From Mytilus edulis (taxonomy: Eukaryota), in assembly GCF_963676685.1 (NCBI RefSeq), contig NC_092355.1:15624001-15688000 (forward strand): a stretch of 64,000 bases of DNA, read 5' to 3'. The translations under genes were made by a program, and so were the position numbers. Numbering within the stretch: the first letter of the stretch is position 1; every line of letters starts with the position of its first letter. The notes beneath the pieces are model-generated. The model had not been told where the DNA came from, did no database searches, and saw only the letters and a program-made list of their open reading frames with translations. Positions 35,970-49,400 of the stretch are shown here, one piece after another.

Positions 35970-37850
35970 CTTCAAAGCGTCAAAATTCGAGATATAAAGT
36001 CTAAAAATGAGGCGGAGGAAGCCATGTCTGTTGTTTCTTTAATTTCTAGTTCTGGGGGATATATTAATGGAACCCAATCACAAAAGTTCGGATTGTTTAT
36101 GGAAAGAACATCATCAATTTATCTGAAAGTGAAATTAAATAATCTGTCTTCTTTGATCCTCTTGTTTTTGACAAATGTCTGAAGGAACTCCGATTCATAT
36201 GAAAATAAGAAAAGGTCGGCAAGAGGAGGCGCACAGTTTGTTCCAATAGGAATGCCGACAATTTATTGGAAAAGTCTACCTCCAACCTCAAAAAATATGT
36301 TTTCGATAAGAGGCTCCAGCATACTGACCACTTGTAATTCTGTGTAACATGTTTTACCTTTTTGTTTGTCACTATTAACAAAATAAGCCTGATGAAATCC
36401 CAAAGTAATAGATTTATAGCGTATGCTACCATGTTTATGTTGAAAGGCATTGCGGATTATTTCTTTAAGACGATTTTTCAATTTCACATGGGGAATGGTG
36501 GTATACATGATTGAAAAATCAAAAGTTTTGATGAAACAATTTCAGAAAAAAGACCGAGATTTAAAATTGTCTAGAAGTTCTTTAGAAAGTTTAAGAATCC
36601 ACATATGGTCAATACCACTACGCGAGTAAACAGTTTCATAGTATTTCTGAAGACCCTCTTTCACTGCGGACAGAATTTTCGTCAATCTAATGGACAATTC
36701 TTTAGTGGAACATGAAGATGAGCCAGCAATTTACCGTTGTTTGTACGGAATTTTATGAAGCTTTGGTATCCAATACAAACAAGGTAAGTCCTCCGAGTTG
36801 GTGTTCAATGTAATGTTTATTGAAGCCATGAAGGACTTATTATTTGCTAAAATCACGTTCTTGTCAAATGCTATGTCTTTGTATGTGGGATTACCTTAGT
36901 GCTCATTTATACATAACTCTTTTACAAAACATTCGTAGTAATACAATTTACATACAAAGACAATATTATTTGAAGCTTTGTCCGCACGAACAACAATATA
37001 CTTATCAAGACGAGATGATAGACATTTCATGGCCTTTTTTTCTTTGAAAACGGACTTTGGTCGATCTTTCACACAATTTTTCAACTTGTGAATGCGACGT
37101 TTAATCAGAGACCTGATAGTATTAACCCATTCTGACAAAGTGTCCAGTTCAACTTCTTCTCGCTTGGACCATGCTCTGGCGTAGTCCTCAATGGAATCCA
37201 TAATTATTTTGAAGTTATGGTTCCAATTGATGTGTTGGGTTTCTCTAAACTTAGGACCATGAGGAATCACCTTTCAGAGATTTTCATGTTGAATTATGTT
37301 TAGATTCCCAGTTATAACATGACCAGAGGGGCTGTTATTATAAGTGGAGGGGGAACAGTCACATCATGGAAGGTTTTTTAGTTTAGGTATTGATCTAAGT
37401 TAAGGTCCTGTAATGCTTGTTTATAGTTTAATATTTTGGATGCAATGGTTTTGGTGTAACTGTAGGATACAATAGGAACAGACTGATTTTGAAAATAAAT
37501 AGGAATTTTAGATGTTACCTCCTTGTGATGTAGTACGTTGCAGATATTGATAGCATCAATCCTCAATTGGCAAAGTCAACAGGAAGGAATTTCCTCTTTT
37601 CCTCTTGTAAAGGTTCCGATCGTACTGGTTTGGAAAGACGGAAAAGAGTTACATCACAAATAATACTGGCTAGTCTGTATATTGAAGAAAATGTATTGGT
37701 GCCTCCTTTGTCAAGTGCATAATCTCTCAAACATTTTAGAAAATTAACTGGTAGTGAAAAGAGAATAGTTCTTATGGAATGTAACCCTAGTGGATGATGA
37801 AAATGTGAAAGAGCTGTCACCCTTTCATAACTATCATACGTTTACTGACT
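35970..37850 (-). pseudogene. Degenerate Penelope-like element ORF (N-terminal region plus RT)
   Basis: CDC..GHVITGNL, GPKFRE, ADKASNNIVFVCK, LYWIPKLHK, KTFDFS..YTTIPH, VGIPIGTNCAP, ELEIKETT; many frameshifts and stops; 3'-truncated. Confidence 0.85.
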
Positions 37851-37875
37851 GAATTTACATGACATGCTATCTGAT

Positions 37876-38041
37876 CAGGGGCGGATGCAGGAATTTTCGA
37901 AAGGGGGGGGGGGGGGTGCTAACCCAGGGCAAAGGGGGGTGCAGGGGGGTGCAAAACATATGTCCCGATACAAATGCATTGATCGGCAAAAATAAAGGGG
38001 GGTGCTCACCCCCGAAACCCACCCCCCTGGATCCGCCACTG
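37876..38041. mobile_element. 166-bp MITE with 5-bp TSD (hAT5-like)
   Basis: TIR CAGGGGCGGATGCAG / CTGGATCCGCCACTG; TSD CTGAT (37871-37875, 38042-38046); degenerate relatives near 39328 and 45932. Confidence 0.8.
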
Positions 38042-39589
38042 CTGATAAGGTTTGCATACGCAGGGAGACATTTCAACCTACCCGTATACCATGTATACAT
38101 TATTCCGACTCCAAGAAAGTCTTTGTTCTAACTTATAAGTCTTGTAGGGGCTGTGTGTTTAGCGGAGAAGCAGCACACACCTATGTTCAAGTCTTTGGTA
38201 TGAGACAAAAGGTTTAAAAACTAACCCATGATCTCCAGCACTCTAGGAGAGCGGGATTGTTAAAGGTTTATACTTATATACTTATACATATACTATAAAA
38301 GTGGTCATATTGGTATTTTGGGAAGACAACAAGGCAATTGTAAGCATTGAAATAACATTTAGGTCGCCATCATTTATTTCTTATCTTGATGCATAGATAC
38401 AAGCTACTGCATTACATCGGGAAAGAATACAGTCTGTGTTGAAATTGAAATAATAAATCATATCATTCATTAATTCTTAAGGAAGTTCACTTGTCATGTC
38501 TTGGGATTTTTGATTCCTTTATTAATCCCCTATCAATATAAACTAGTGTTTTAAAAAGTTAATTATTTTGATACTCAGAAGCGAACTCCATTAGTTGTTT
38601 TACCCTTTTACACCTGTTGATCATAATTGTTTTATACTCTGTACTTATCCAGACCCTCATTAATACAGGAAATTACAATGTATTTCATGTTTGCGGTATA
38701 TTTTGGTTTTTCCGTGGACCTATTTGTGTTGCGTTTGATTTGTTGTGTCAGTGTTATATCCAATGGATTCCATTTTTTATCTTCCCATCTCTAGAAAGCA
38801 GACCCCTAGATTCAACTTTCTTTGTTAAATAGGAGCAGGTACGTTAAGAATTTAATGCAGTTGCTATATGAAAATAATGAAATGGTGGTATGCTTCCTGA
38901 TGATTATGATTTATTTAACTATATCTTACAGACATCGAAGGACGAATGCGTGTACAACTTAAGGTGCTTGTACGACCTTCCACAATGAGCAAAACATATA
39001 TCTTTTGATCAGCAATATTAGAATCTTTTATTTGTTTTTTGAAAATCTAATAAAATTTTGCACATCTTTAAAGACATCTAAAGTTATGAAAATACAATGT
39101 AATATGTCCTTTTATGTCATTTTCACTGTTCAAACATATAAGGACGATAGTAAACGAATCTTAGCAACGAAGCTCAGGTACTGGTGTAAATACAAAACAA
39201 AGTTCAATAAAGACATATTTCATGTTGGTTTTTTTTAATTCATCAAGTGTGAATAAAATATGCGTAGGGTGATATTTATGACTTTAAAATATTTGATTCT
39301 CTACAGAATTCAATTAAAGATTGATGTCAGTGGCGGTTTCATGCTGAATTATGGGTTTGGAATCCCCTTTTATGACGATTAATGTTTTTTTCGCCTGGAG
39401 CATATGGTTAATACCCCCCTTTTTATTCTGAGTCAGAACCCCTATCTAAAACGGCTGATTCCGTCCCTGGTTATACAAGTAGGATCAAGTAATGCTTAAA
39501 AGCTTAGTCTACATCATTTGTACATTGTAGCTGCATAAAGCGTAACATATTTTTCAGCCGTATAATTCTTATAAAAAAATTGTCTTTAC

Positions 39590-40430
39590 ATTCAAAACAA
39601 AAGAGGTCAAGGTCATATAAACTAAATGAGAAATACATATACAGTTTACAATCAATCAATACAATACATATAGTTGACATATTGCTTATAGTTTCCAAGA
39701 AACAGACTTAACCAAAAAAAAACCGAAACATTGACCAATGAACCATGAAAATACGGTCATGGTCAGATGAACCATGCCAGGCAGACCTGTACAGCTTAAA
39801 ATGTTTAATACTTCCATACAACAAAATTATACAGTTGTCCTATTGCTTATAGTTTAAGAAACAGACCAAAACACAAAAATTAACACTGAGCAATAACCTG
39901 TGAAAATGAGGTCAAGGTCAGATAAAACCTGCGAGACTGACATGTACATCATAAAATATTTTCATTCACCTAGCTGATTTATTGCAAAAAGTATAAAAAA
40001 AAAACCCAGACCAAAACACAAAAAAATTACTTTAACCATTGAACAATAAAAATGTGGTCAAGGTCAAATGACACCTGGCATTTGAATATGTACACATAAC
40101 AATCCTTTCATATACCAAATACACTACCTATTGCTTATAGTATCTGAGATATTGACTTGACCACCAAAACTTAACCTTGTTTATTTATCTATGAAATAAG
40201 GTCGAGGTCCGCATATACCAAATATAGTTACCCTACTCATAATAAGGGAGAAATAAAAAAAAAAAAAGAATGTTCACTTTTTATTATAGTCACGGAAACA
40301 TGAAAATGAGGTCAAGGGCAATGGACATGTGACAGACATAAATACTTCGTAACATAAAGCATCTATATACAAAGAATGAAACATCCATGTCTTCCCCCTT
40401 CGAAAATAGAAAGCTTTAAAGAATTCAGTT
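39590..40430. repeat. Degenerate ~150-bp tandem repeat (likely internal to a Helentron-type element)
   Basis: AAAATGAGGTCAAGGTCA and TATTGCTTATAG motifs recurring at roughly 150-bp spacing. Confidence 0.6.
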
Positions 40431-41655
40431 AATAGTAAGTTGGTTTTACAAAGTCATAATACATGCGTTTTGAAGGTTATAGAGGTCATAAGTTTTAAGC
40501 CACGCCTACTTGGTGAGAGGTCAATTGGTTTTCTGTTCTGTACGTCTGTCCTCTCCTTATTTCAGGATTATATATTTTTTTGATAGTTTTCCATTTAGCT
40601 GTGGTAACATTAAGCTAAATAAAATATAAAAAGAAGATGTAGTATGTTTGGCAATAAGACACCTCTTCAGAAGAGACCAAATGACACACAAATTAACAGC
40701 AATACTTCACCGTACGGTCTTCAACAATGAACAAAGCCCATACCGCATATTCAGCTATAAAAAGCCCCGAAATCCCAAATGTAAAACAATTGAACTAGAA
40801 AACAAGTGTACATCTTTATTGAGATATGAATGTTACAACATTATATGCACAACTATAATGTTCTTCCGAATTCTACAGGTTAATCATGCATGACAAGTTG
40901 ATAGCTTTTAATAGCTGACTATGCGGTACGGGCTTTGTTCATTATTGAAAACCGTACGGTGACATTACGGTTTTACAATAGAAGTGATGCTTTTATAACA
41001 GCAGTTAGATTTTTGAGACAAAAATTGAGCACATCAAATGGTGATACCGTTTTTTTCATATGTCAACTACGAATCAGGTCAAATCTCCATCTGGTTTTAA
41101 AATTATGAAAAAAATATCAGTGTACAGCTTAGTATGTGCTTTGATGAACAGAATCATTTTTGTTACTATTGCAATACAGGGATTGTGAAGACAAAAAATA
41201 AAACATGTGAATATGTCCACTACGTAACTGTCAACTACGAAACAAGTTTGAGAAAGAAAAAAAAACGTTTCGTAGTGGACACTACCACTACCATGCATTC
41301 GGTTATTTTTACTCTTTTTTAAATCGGATTCGTGCAAAACAAAAACAAGGATTACTTTCATGTAATTTTCAATATGTTTTTATCAACATGGCAAAAAGGG
41401 TTGGTGTCAACTACGAAACATTTTGTCCACTACGAAACGGTTTTTGTCAACTACGAAACTCATCAAAATGTCCGCTACGTTACATAAGTTGTACCTTCAT
41501 ATTTGAAGTACTGTCTAATCTTTATCGATAAAAAATGGTTCTCCAATTCAGAAAAATTGAAATGTGTCTAGTATATAAAATAAAACAAAAAAAATGTCAA
41601 AAGGAGACATTAAAATGCCATAAGATTTGCGTTCATATATATATATATATATATA

Positions 41656-42025
41656 GTGTCTAAAAATAGCAACAATCAACATAGATAGATGCACACGCCC
41701 GATGAAGCTAATTAATTTGTAGGATCCTTTACTATAGATAATTTAGCTGATCTGTAACAATAACATCTTCATGCCTTATATATCATGTACTGTAGTACGC
41801 CGCTAGATTAAAACTGACGTGGAAAGGTAACACATGGCCAGCGAAAGCTCTTTTTTTTTGAGAGCCCAGGTGGTCGTGTGGTCTAGCGGGACGGCTGCAG
41901 TGCAGGCGATTTGGTGTCACGATATCACAGTAGCATGGGTTCGAATCCCGGCGAGGGAAGACCCAAAAATTTGCGAAAGCAAATTTACAGATCTAACATT
42001 GTTGGGTTGATGTTTAGACGAGTTG
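41656..42025 (+). mobile_element. (TA)n-flanked element containing a tRNA-derived Pol III cassette
   Basis: A box TGGTCGTGTGG and B box GGTTCGAATCC within 41864-41958; (TA)n runs on both sides. Confidence 0.6.
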
Positions 42026-42039
42026 TATATATATATAAA

Positions 42040-43375
42040 TTTGCTTTCTAATTTTGAAAACAGTATTTCTCTGGCTTCGTTGTGAAGAGCGCACTGTAAA
42101 AAATAGTGTATACTATCCTCAACAGGGTGGCCACAGCTGCATGCGGGACTGGGTTTAATATTAACACGATGTAAATCTGAATTTAAAGAACTGCACATAT
42201 TTCTCAAACGTGTATGAATGATATTAATTTTCTATCCCCACAACTAAAATAGGAAGGTGGCTGTATCAATTTGGACTTCATCTTTCGTTTAAAAATATTT
42301 ATGTTTTGGACGTACGTATGTCGGGGGGAAGGCTATTCCATTCAAAAGTAGTGGATGGGAAAAAGGATTTTCTAGTTATGTCTAGTCTATAACCGGGTAC
42401 TACATAATTATTACTGTTTCGCAAATCGTAGTTAGATACTTGACCAACAAGCGGGGGCATTAAATCACAGAGATAATCAGGGGCAGTCTCATTATGTATA
42501 GAATAGAACATATTGAGCATTCTGGATTTTCTTCTGTTCACAAGCAATTGCCAGCCAGTTTCAAAATATATAGCTTCCCGACTAGCAAACACGGGCAACC
42601 CAGTTACTAACCTCCCTGCTTCTAACTGAACATGTTCTAAATTGTCGGCTTCTTGTTGAGTACAACCATCCCATAACTCACATGCATATTCCATAACGGG
42701 TCTTATAAAAGTTAAATATATACGAGCAAGATAATTTCTATTCAATACATATTTCAATTTTTTAAGAACATTTAATCTCGTGCTTGCACACTTTAAAATA
42801 TTTTCTATATGTGTATGAAATTTATCATTGGAATCAAAAGTAATCCCTAAGTGTTTATGACAGGAGACAAATTCTACTAATTGGTTTTGAAATTCTATTT
42901 CAATATCATCTGGGGAAGTATGGCAGGAGAATATCATAGCCTTTGTCTTATTAGGGTTAAAGTTAATAAGCCAATCTTTAGACCATACTGAAATTTGTTC
43001 TAAATCGCTGTTTAAGACATCCTCTATAGTGTAAGGGTTATTGCTGGAATAAGAAAGAGATGTATCATCAGCAAACAATCGAGTTAGACTTGTCAAATTA
43101 TCAGCTATGTCATTTACATAAATAAGAAATAGTAGGGGACCTAATACAGAGCCTTGCGGAACTCATGCATTAGTATTATCAAAAGGCGAATAGGTATTTG
43201 AAACGAAAACGCTTTGTTTTCTATTTGAAATATAACTTTCAAACCATTTATACAGATTTCCATTAATACCATACGCTTTTAGTTTTATTAAGAGGCCACT
43301 ATGCCATACCCTATCAAAAGCTTTCGAGGTATCACATAATATAAGAGATGTTATACAGCGATCATCATGTGACAT
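42040..43375 (-). pseudogene. 5'-truncated CR1/L2-type LINE ORF2 (RT plus C-terminal Cys/His motif)
   Basis: CDTSKAFDRVWH, VPQGSVLGPLLFLIYVND, LFADD, KHLGI, C-terminal CSCG..EDSIHYFLQC; in-frame TGA at ~43163 and frameshifts near 42230-42300. Confidence 0.9.
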
Positions 43376-45476
43376 GCATATCCTATAATAAATTTCTATT
43401 AGCTGGTGAACCTTTTGATATATACATGTACCTGTTAAAGATACGGAAAAATGAAGCAGCTGTCGAGACAGCTATTGTGGTAAGTAGATATTTTGATTTT
43501 TTTCTAAGTTTCAATGTTGTGTGTGCGTTTAAGTCCGTTTTTGTTTGTTTTTTTTTAGGGGGGAGGGGGAGGGGGGATTAGCTATATCCCATATCCCAAA
43601 AGTGCAATCCTTTCAATTCATTGCTCAAAATGAAAGTCACGTATACCACATTTTCATATGTCATATATATGTTTTGCCTCCAATATCACGTTTATATTAA
43701 AATTCTGCGCGAGATGAACAAAAGTTTCCGTCAATAACTTTATTGCATTATCGGATTTAACAGTTGATACCTTTATCGGTAGATATGAGTGTTCATATTT
43801 CCCTTTTCTTTATAATTCAATAAATATAGCCGTCCATTTTTTTCCCTTTGATTCCCTTTTTTCTTGTTTTTTATTGTTACTTTTGTTTATTGTTACTTTT
43901 GTTTATAGTTACTTTTGTTTTTTGTTTTTTTTAGCCTTACCTATAGTCTTAATACGAAGCACTTGATGGACTGAAAAAAACACACACAAATATGTATATT
44001 GATAAATTACATCAGAAGGCATAACATGTACATCATCACAGTCGGAACTTGTTTAATTACAAAGATTTTTATAGATTTTACAACAAATATTTTGTGCTTC
44101 AGAAAAATACATGACAATTAGGTTAGGTTAATTTTTGTTTTCATTTAATAGAAAATAACTTATTGTATGGCAAGTATGCAAATACAAAAATGTTCCTTGT
44201 TTAGTACCTTCAATATTTGTCTCTACAATATCTTCCATGCATATGTATGCATCATACTTTTCATATACCGAGTATTTATGAATTTTTGAATTAGTTTGTT
44301 TCTAATATTGCGGAATATGCGTTATTTTATTCTCCACTTTGCAGTCATTCTTTGAATAAGTATTCCTTGTAAGACAATTTAAAGCCACATCAACTTCAAT
44401 TCTTCATTTTCGGGCTTTTGGCCAAACTATAAGAGAACACAAATCCATGTTTGTCAAAGAACTCCACGTTACTTAATTTCATAATACACAAAAAATCCCA
44501 ACCTTTCTCTATTCTTATATAGCATTAACTGTTTAAAGGATGTCATATTGTTATAATTCAAAATTAAATTTGTGTTGTTTATAGTTATTTTCTGAGATAT
44601 CGAAATTTCAGTGACAGTCATGAAGTAGCTAAAATGCCAAAAAAATATGGTATGATTAACAACGAGACAACTTTCCACAAGAGACCAACATGACTCAGAT
44701 ATTAACAAAAATAGGTCACCGTACGGCCTTCAACAATGAGTAAAGCCCATACGGCATAGACAGCTATAAAAGGCTCCGAAATGACAATGTAAAACACTTT
44801 AGACGAGAAAACTAACGGAATTATTTATTAAAAAAACTAAATTTTATGATATACTAGTATGTAGATATAGGAAGATGTGGTGTGAGTGCCAATGAGACAT
44901 GCAACTCTCTATCCAAATAACAATTTATAAAAAGGTAAACCATTATAGGTCAATGTACGGCCTTCAACACGGAGCCTTGGCTCACTCCGAACAACAAGCT
45001 ATAAAGGGCCCCAAAATTACTAGTGTAAAAAAACAATAGCATAACATCACAACATAGAAAAAACACACGTTAAAATATCAATTGGCAGACTTAACTCAAT
45101 CAAAAAACATAAATTAATACACATATGTAGCTGTTTTCCTAAGAACTGTTAATAATATATGCATAAAAAGAAATGTCATAAGATGTTGGAACGTTTCGTA
45201 AATAATTCATCGACTTAACTTCATTATATGCTATTAGATATATGTTTTAAGTGTCAATATCAATAAAACACTTTCCAGTTACGATTATCTTTCCATTTTT
45301 AAATACCATAATTACGATTATCTTTTTTTCCGAGTTACGATTATCATCCCGAATTTTTCGACGGCAATTTTCAAAGCGCTTAGACTAATCCAGTGCACCT
45401 TTACGATTCAAATATGATGTACTGGTATAGATAAACCTTGCAGCTGAGTAACTATTGACAAAAGCATGCTACATTT

Positions 45477-45559
45477 TAGTCTCGATTATCCAGACGCTCC
45501 ATATGCATATGTAGATTATTGTTGGCTGTAAGAACGATAACTCTGGTGCATCGAGACTA
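45477..45559. mobile_element. 83-bp MITE with TAG..CTA ends and 9-bp TSD (AcademH-like)
   Basis: TIR TAGTCTCGAT / ATCGAGACTA; TSD GCTACATTT (45468-45476, 45560-45568). Confidence 0.75.
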
Positions 45560-46925
45560 GCTACATTTAAGAAAAATGAGTACAGATTTTACCTATATCT
45601 ACCGTCGCCATATTGGGATAATCGTAATTGCAGTTACTATCATCTCTTTAATACCAGTGGTATAGGCCGTGTATGAAATAAACAGTACAGATTCAAACAA
45701 TGTGCTATCAAACGTAATCCTTGAAAGAGGGGTGAAAGATACCAAAGGGACATTCAAACTTTAAATAAATCGGAATTAAACTGACAATGACATTGCTTAC
45801 AAAAAGACAAATAGACAATAAAGACAATAATAATTGATCGAGAATTTTGTTCCCTGTGTGATAAGAGTATTGACGACATGGTCGAGATGATAAAAACATC
45901 AGGAAATGAGATTGTAGTTGCAAAAGCAGACGCAGTGGCGGGTCCAAAGGGGTGGGGTCTGAGAGTTGCTACAAACCCTTTTTTTGGACGATCGATGCAT
46001 TTGAAAGGGGACATATATTTGACCCCGCCCCCTTTATCTTGCTTTATTTTATTTATATTTATACTAGTCATTGGGGGCCCTTTGATTGCTCTGTGTTGTA
46101 TGTCGTACTGTTGCCTATTATGGTTTACTTTTACAAATTTTGATTTGGATGGAGAGTTTTATCGTTGCTACTCATTCCATGTCTTCGTATATCTATTAAC
46201 CCAGCCATATTCTGTATGTGCCTGTCCAAAGTCATGAGCCTGTATTTTAGTTGTTATCGTTTGTTCATGTTTCTTCTCATATTATATATTTTGTAAATTG
46301 TATTGTTATGTATATCTAGGACTTTAGTTTTGTCGTTTGAATTATTTCACACTTTTCATGGCCTTCTATAGACAACTATATACATTATTGGGGTTTCTTA
46401 TTATTGAAGGCCGTACGCTTGCCTATAATTGCTTACAACCACTTTATATTTGAACTCCCGTGGATAGGTGCCTCATTAGCAATCATACCATTGTTTTTAT
46501 TTATAGTATAAACCTGAATTTTAAACTCGTGTTTTCCTAAACTTGCATGAAATATTTGTCACTGGGCGTTTAAAGTTAGCAATCAAACAATCAATCATTT
46601 TAAACTTGTATAAAATAAGAGGAAAACCATTTGATTTTGTTTTGCTGGGGTGTGGAGCATGTTAATTTTGTTGCCTGTTAAGAGCTGAAAAATAGGCATG
46701 ATCAGCGAAAGATTAAAATAGATATTAAATCCGCCAATTTCGTCCTGTCCCCTTCCCTTCCCCGATAAAAACTGACCGCCACAAAATAGCACAATAGTGT
46801 TTAAAGTGGTGTTAAACACCAATTAATACCATCTTTTGAATATCAAATAGTCATACATAACTATGGAAAGCCACAGTGAACCCCTCGGTTATTATTATTT
46901 TGCCTTTAGAAATACTTAAAATACA

Positions 46926-48012
46926 ATTTCCTATCGTTAATTATCCGTTTTTAGATGGTGACGTTCCCTTGTCACCATCTTACGGTGTTTATATATCTCA
47001 ACTTGTACGATTCGCTCGTGTATGTAACAATGTTTTAGATTTTAACGAGAGAAATTTATGTATTACTGAAAAATTATTACACCAGGGTTTTCGATATCAC
47101 AAACTAATCAAAACATTTACTAAATTTTATCATCGGTATAAAGACATCATTCGTAAATATAGCTCAACATGCAGACTTCTAATACGTTCAGGTATTTCAC
47201 ATCCAATTTTTTATGGAAATATTCTTTATAAAGCACAAAGTTGTCAGTATTCACCTCAGAAACTTACAAAACCTTTGAATAGACTTATTAAGAAGGGATA
47301 TAATTACGATACTGTTGTCAAGTCATATTTTGGCGTTAATATTGAGTCACTGATAAGGTCTTTGCATCGGAACTAAACACATTTATTCTAAAAACAGTTG
47401 TTGGCATGACACGGGTTATGTTCTTCTCATATATGTTATGATGGTATGATACTAAACCCCTAACGGGAAGGATTGTGCCTGATGTTCATATGATGAAATC
47501 ATAATCTTTCAGTCAGTTTAATTGAAGTCTGGAGCTGGCATGTCAGTTAACTGCTAGTAGTCTGTTGTTATTTATGTATTATTGTCATTTTGTTTATTTT
47601 CTTTGGTTACATCTTCTGACATCAGACTCGGACTTCTCTTGAACTGAATGTTAATGTGCGTATTGTTATGCGTTTACTTTTCTACATTGGTTAGAGGTAT
47701 AGGGGGAGGGTTGAGATCTCACAAACATGTTTAACCCCGCCGCATTTTTGCGCCTGTCCTAAGTCAGGAGACTCTGGCCTTTGTTAGTCTTGTATTATTT
47801 TAATTTTAGTTTCTTGTGTACAATTTGGAAATTAGTATGGCGTTCATTATCACTGGACTAGTATATATTTGTTTAGGGGCCAGCTGAAGGACGCCTCCGG
47901 GTGCGGGAATTTCTCGCTACATTGAAGACCTGTTGGTGACCCTCTGCTGTTGTTTTTTATTTGGTCGGGTTGTTGTCTCTTTGACACATTCCCCATTTCC
48001 ATTCTCAATTTT
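46926..48012 (+). mobile_element. 3' fragment of a Penelope-like element (RT C-terminus plus 3' UTR)
   Basis: FPIVNYPFLDGDVPLSPSYGVYISQLVRFARVC..KLLHQGFRYHKL is homologous to the 23332-23931 protein; stop at 47376; the tail is shared with 34589-34772. Confidence 0.8.
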
Positions 48013-49400
48013 AAATACATCTTCAGCTTTTGAATTTTCACGACCCTGCCTATTATCATCAATTATAAAATCTTCGGCTTATGAAAATGTGGACCTCGCG
48101 CCGATTATCCAGTCCTATACTGTAATATCTGCGGCTGTCGTTACGAGCTGATTTTATATATGACGTCATAATAAACACAGGAACATTTTTACGATATATA
48201 TGTCCTTTAATAATGCTGCCACACCATAAAAAACGTTGATCACACAGCCCAAATTCTATTTTATCTGCATTCATAAATTTATAAATGGCGTTTAGACTAA
48301 ACGATGCCATGCTCGTTATGTGCCTCTACCGTCTAAATTATCTATCTAAAAGGAAGAGGTAGAAAACAGCAGGAAGATCATCCTAATGCAAAAAAAAAAC
48401 ATAAATGGACCATTTCTGACTCACTACCGAAGAACGTAAAAAAAAAAAAACACGCCCAAGAAGAACAGCTTCTTTCCAATATTACAAAGGCTTGCGTTTT
48501 GTATCGTCTAGCCAGACCTCTTTTACTGGTTTTTTTTCTGCGGACGATTTCCTTCGATACAGCATTTCTTGAGTTTATTAAATCTTTAATTAATACACCG
48601 TATCATTTTGCAGACTTCTTCTTTGTTATGCATGTTGATTGTCTCCCAAAAATACTAGTTCATTTCGCGAGAACTTTTTGGGGGTTTTCTGGTGAATGAC
48701 ATATAATTCCTTATTTGGTATTGTATAAAATCTTGGGGCCGCCTCATGTTGTTACGTTGTGATTACTTGTACGTTTATGTAGTGATCACTTGTATCCCCT
48801 TTCCATGAGGGTCCTTATATCAAATTCAAAACAACTTAAACAATTTTAAATTCCAATGTCAAAATTATTTCATAACTTCTACTTGTTTTATAATGTGTAT
48901 ACATGTACATATTGAAACAGTTTTATTTACATTTAGTAATTAAGAAAGGGTCAGTGTATTTTACTTCTAGTTTAACACTGTCTCATTATAACTATCGACA
49001 AACTAAAATTCATCTTCTTCTCACACTCAGTTCCCGAACGGTTTTCTCAAATTAAAAATATCATATATAAAAAATTCAAGGCAGTATCTACACCGGCGCG
49101 AGACGTTTTTATGCCTTTTTTAATGCACATTTTTGTTTCACTTTTAGAACGTTGCGTTTGCGCTTTTCAAAAAGGAAATGTTTGCTTCATAAATATAACA
49201 TGTGAGTTATTATTGATTTCTTAAACATTTACACAGAAGCATGTTCTCTAAAAAAATATATTGTATATCTGGTTTACTGTGATAATTGTTACTTTCAAAG
49301 AATTTCCATGACTTTGGTAAATGTTGACAAGATAACAAGCAGACTATCATAGGTAAAAAGTCTATAAGTCCTGTCAATTTTCGTCCAAGTCCCGGTTAAA

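Noticed and set aside
37355-37375. In-frame TGA next to CDC as selenocysteine in the Penelope-like ORF
   Set aside because: The TGA is not at a Cys position of the CxC motif and the ORF has many other disablements
41864-41958. Functional tRNA gene
   Set aside because: A and B boxes are present, but acceptor and anticodon stems do not form a canonical cloverleaf; treated as a tRNA-derived repeat
48059-48699. Short ORFs that might be a transposase relic
   Set aside because: No recognisable motif or consistent frame
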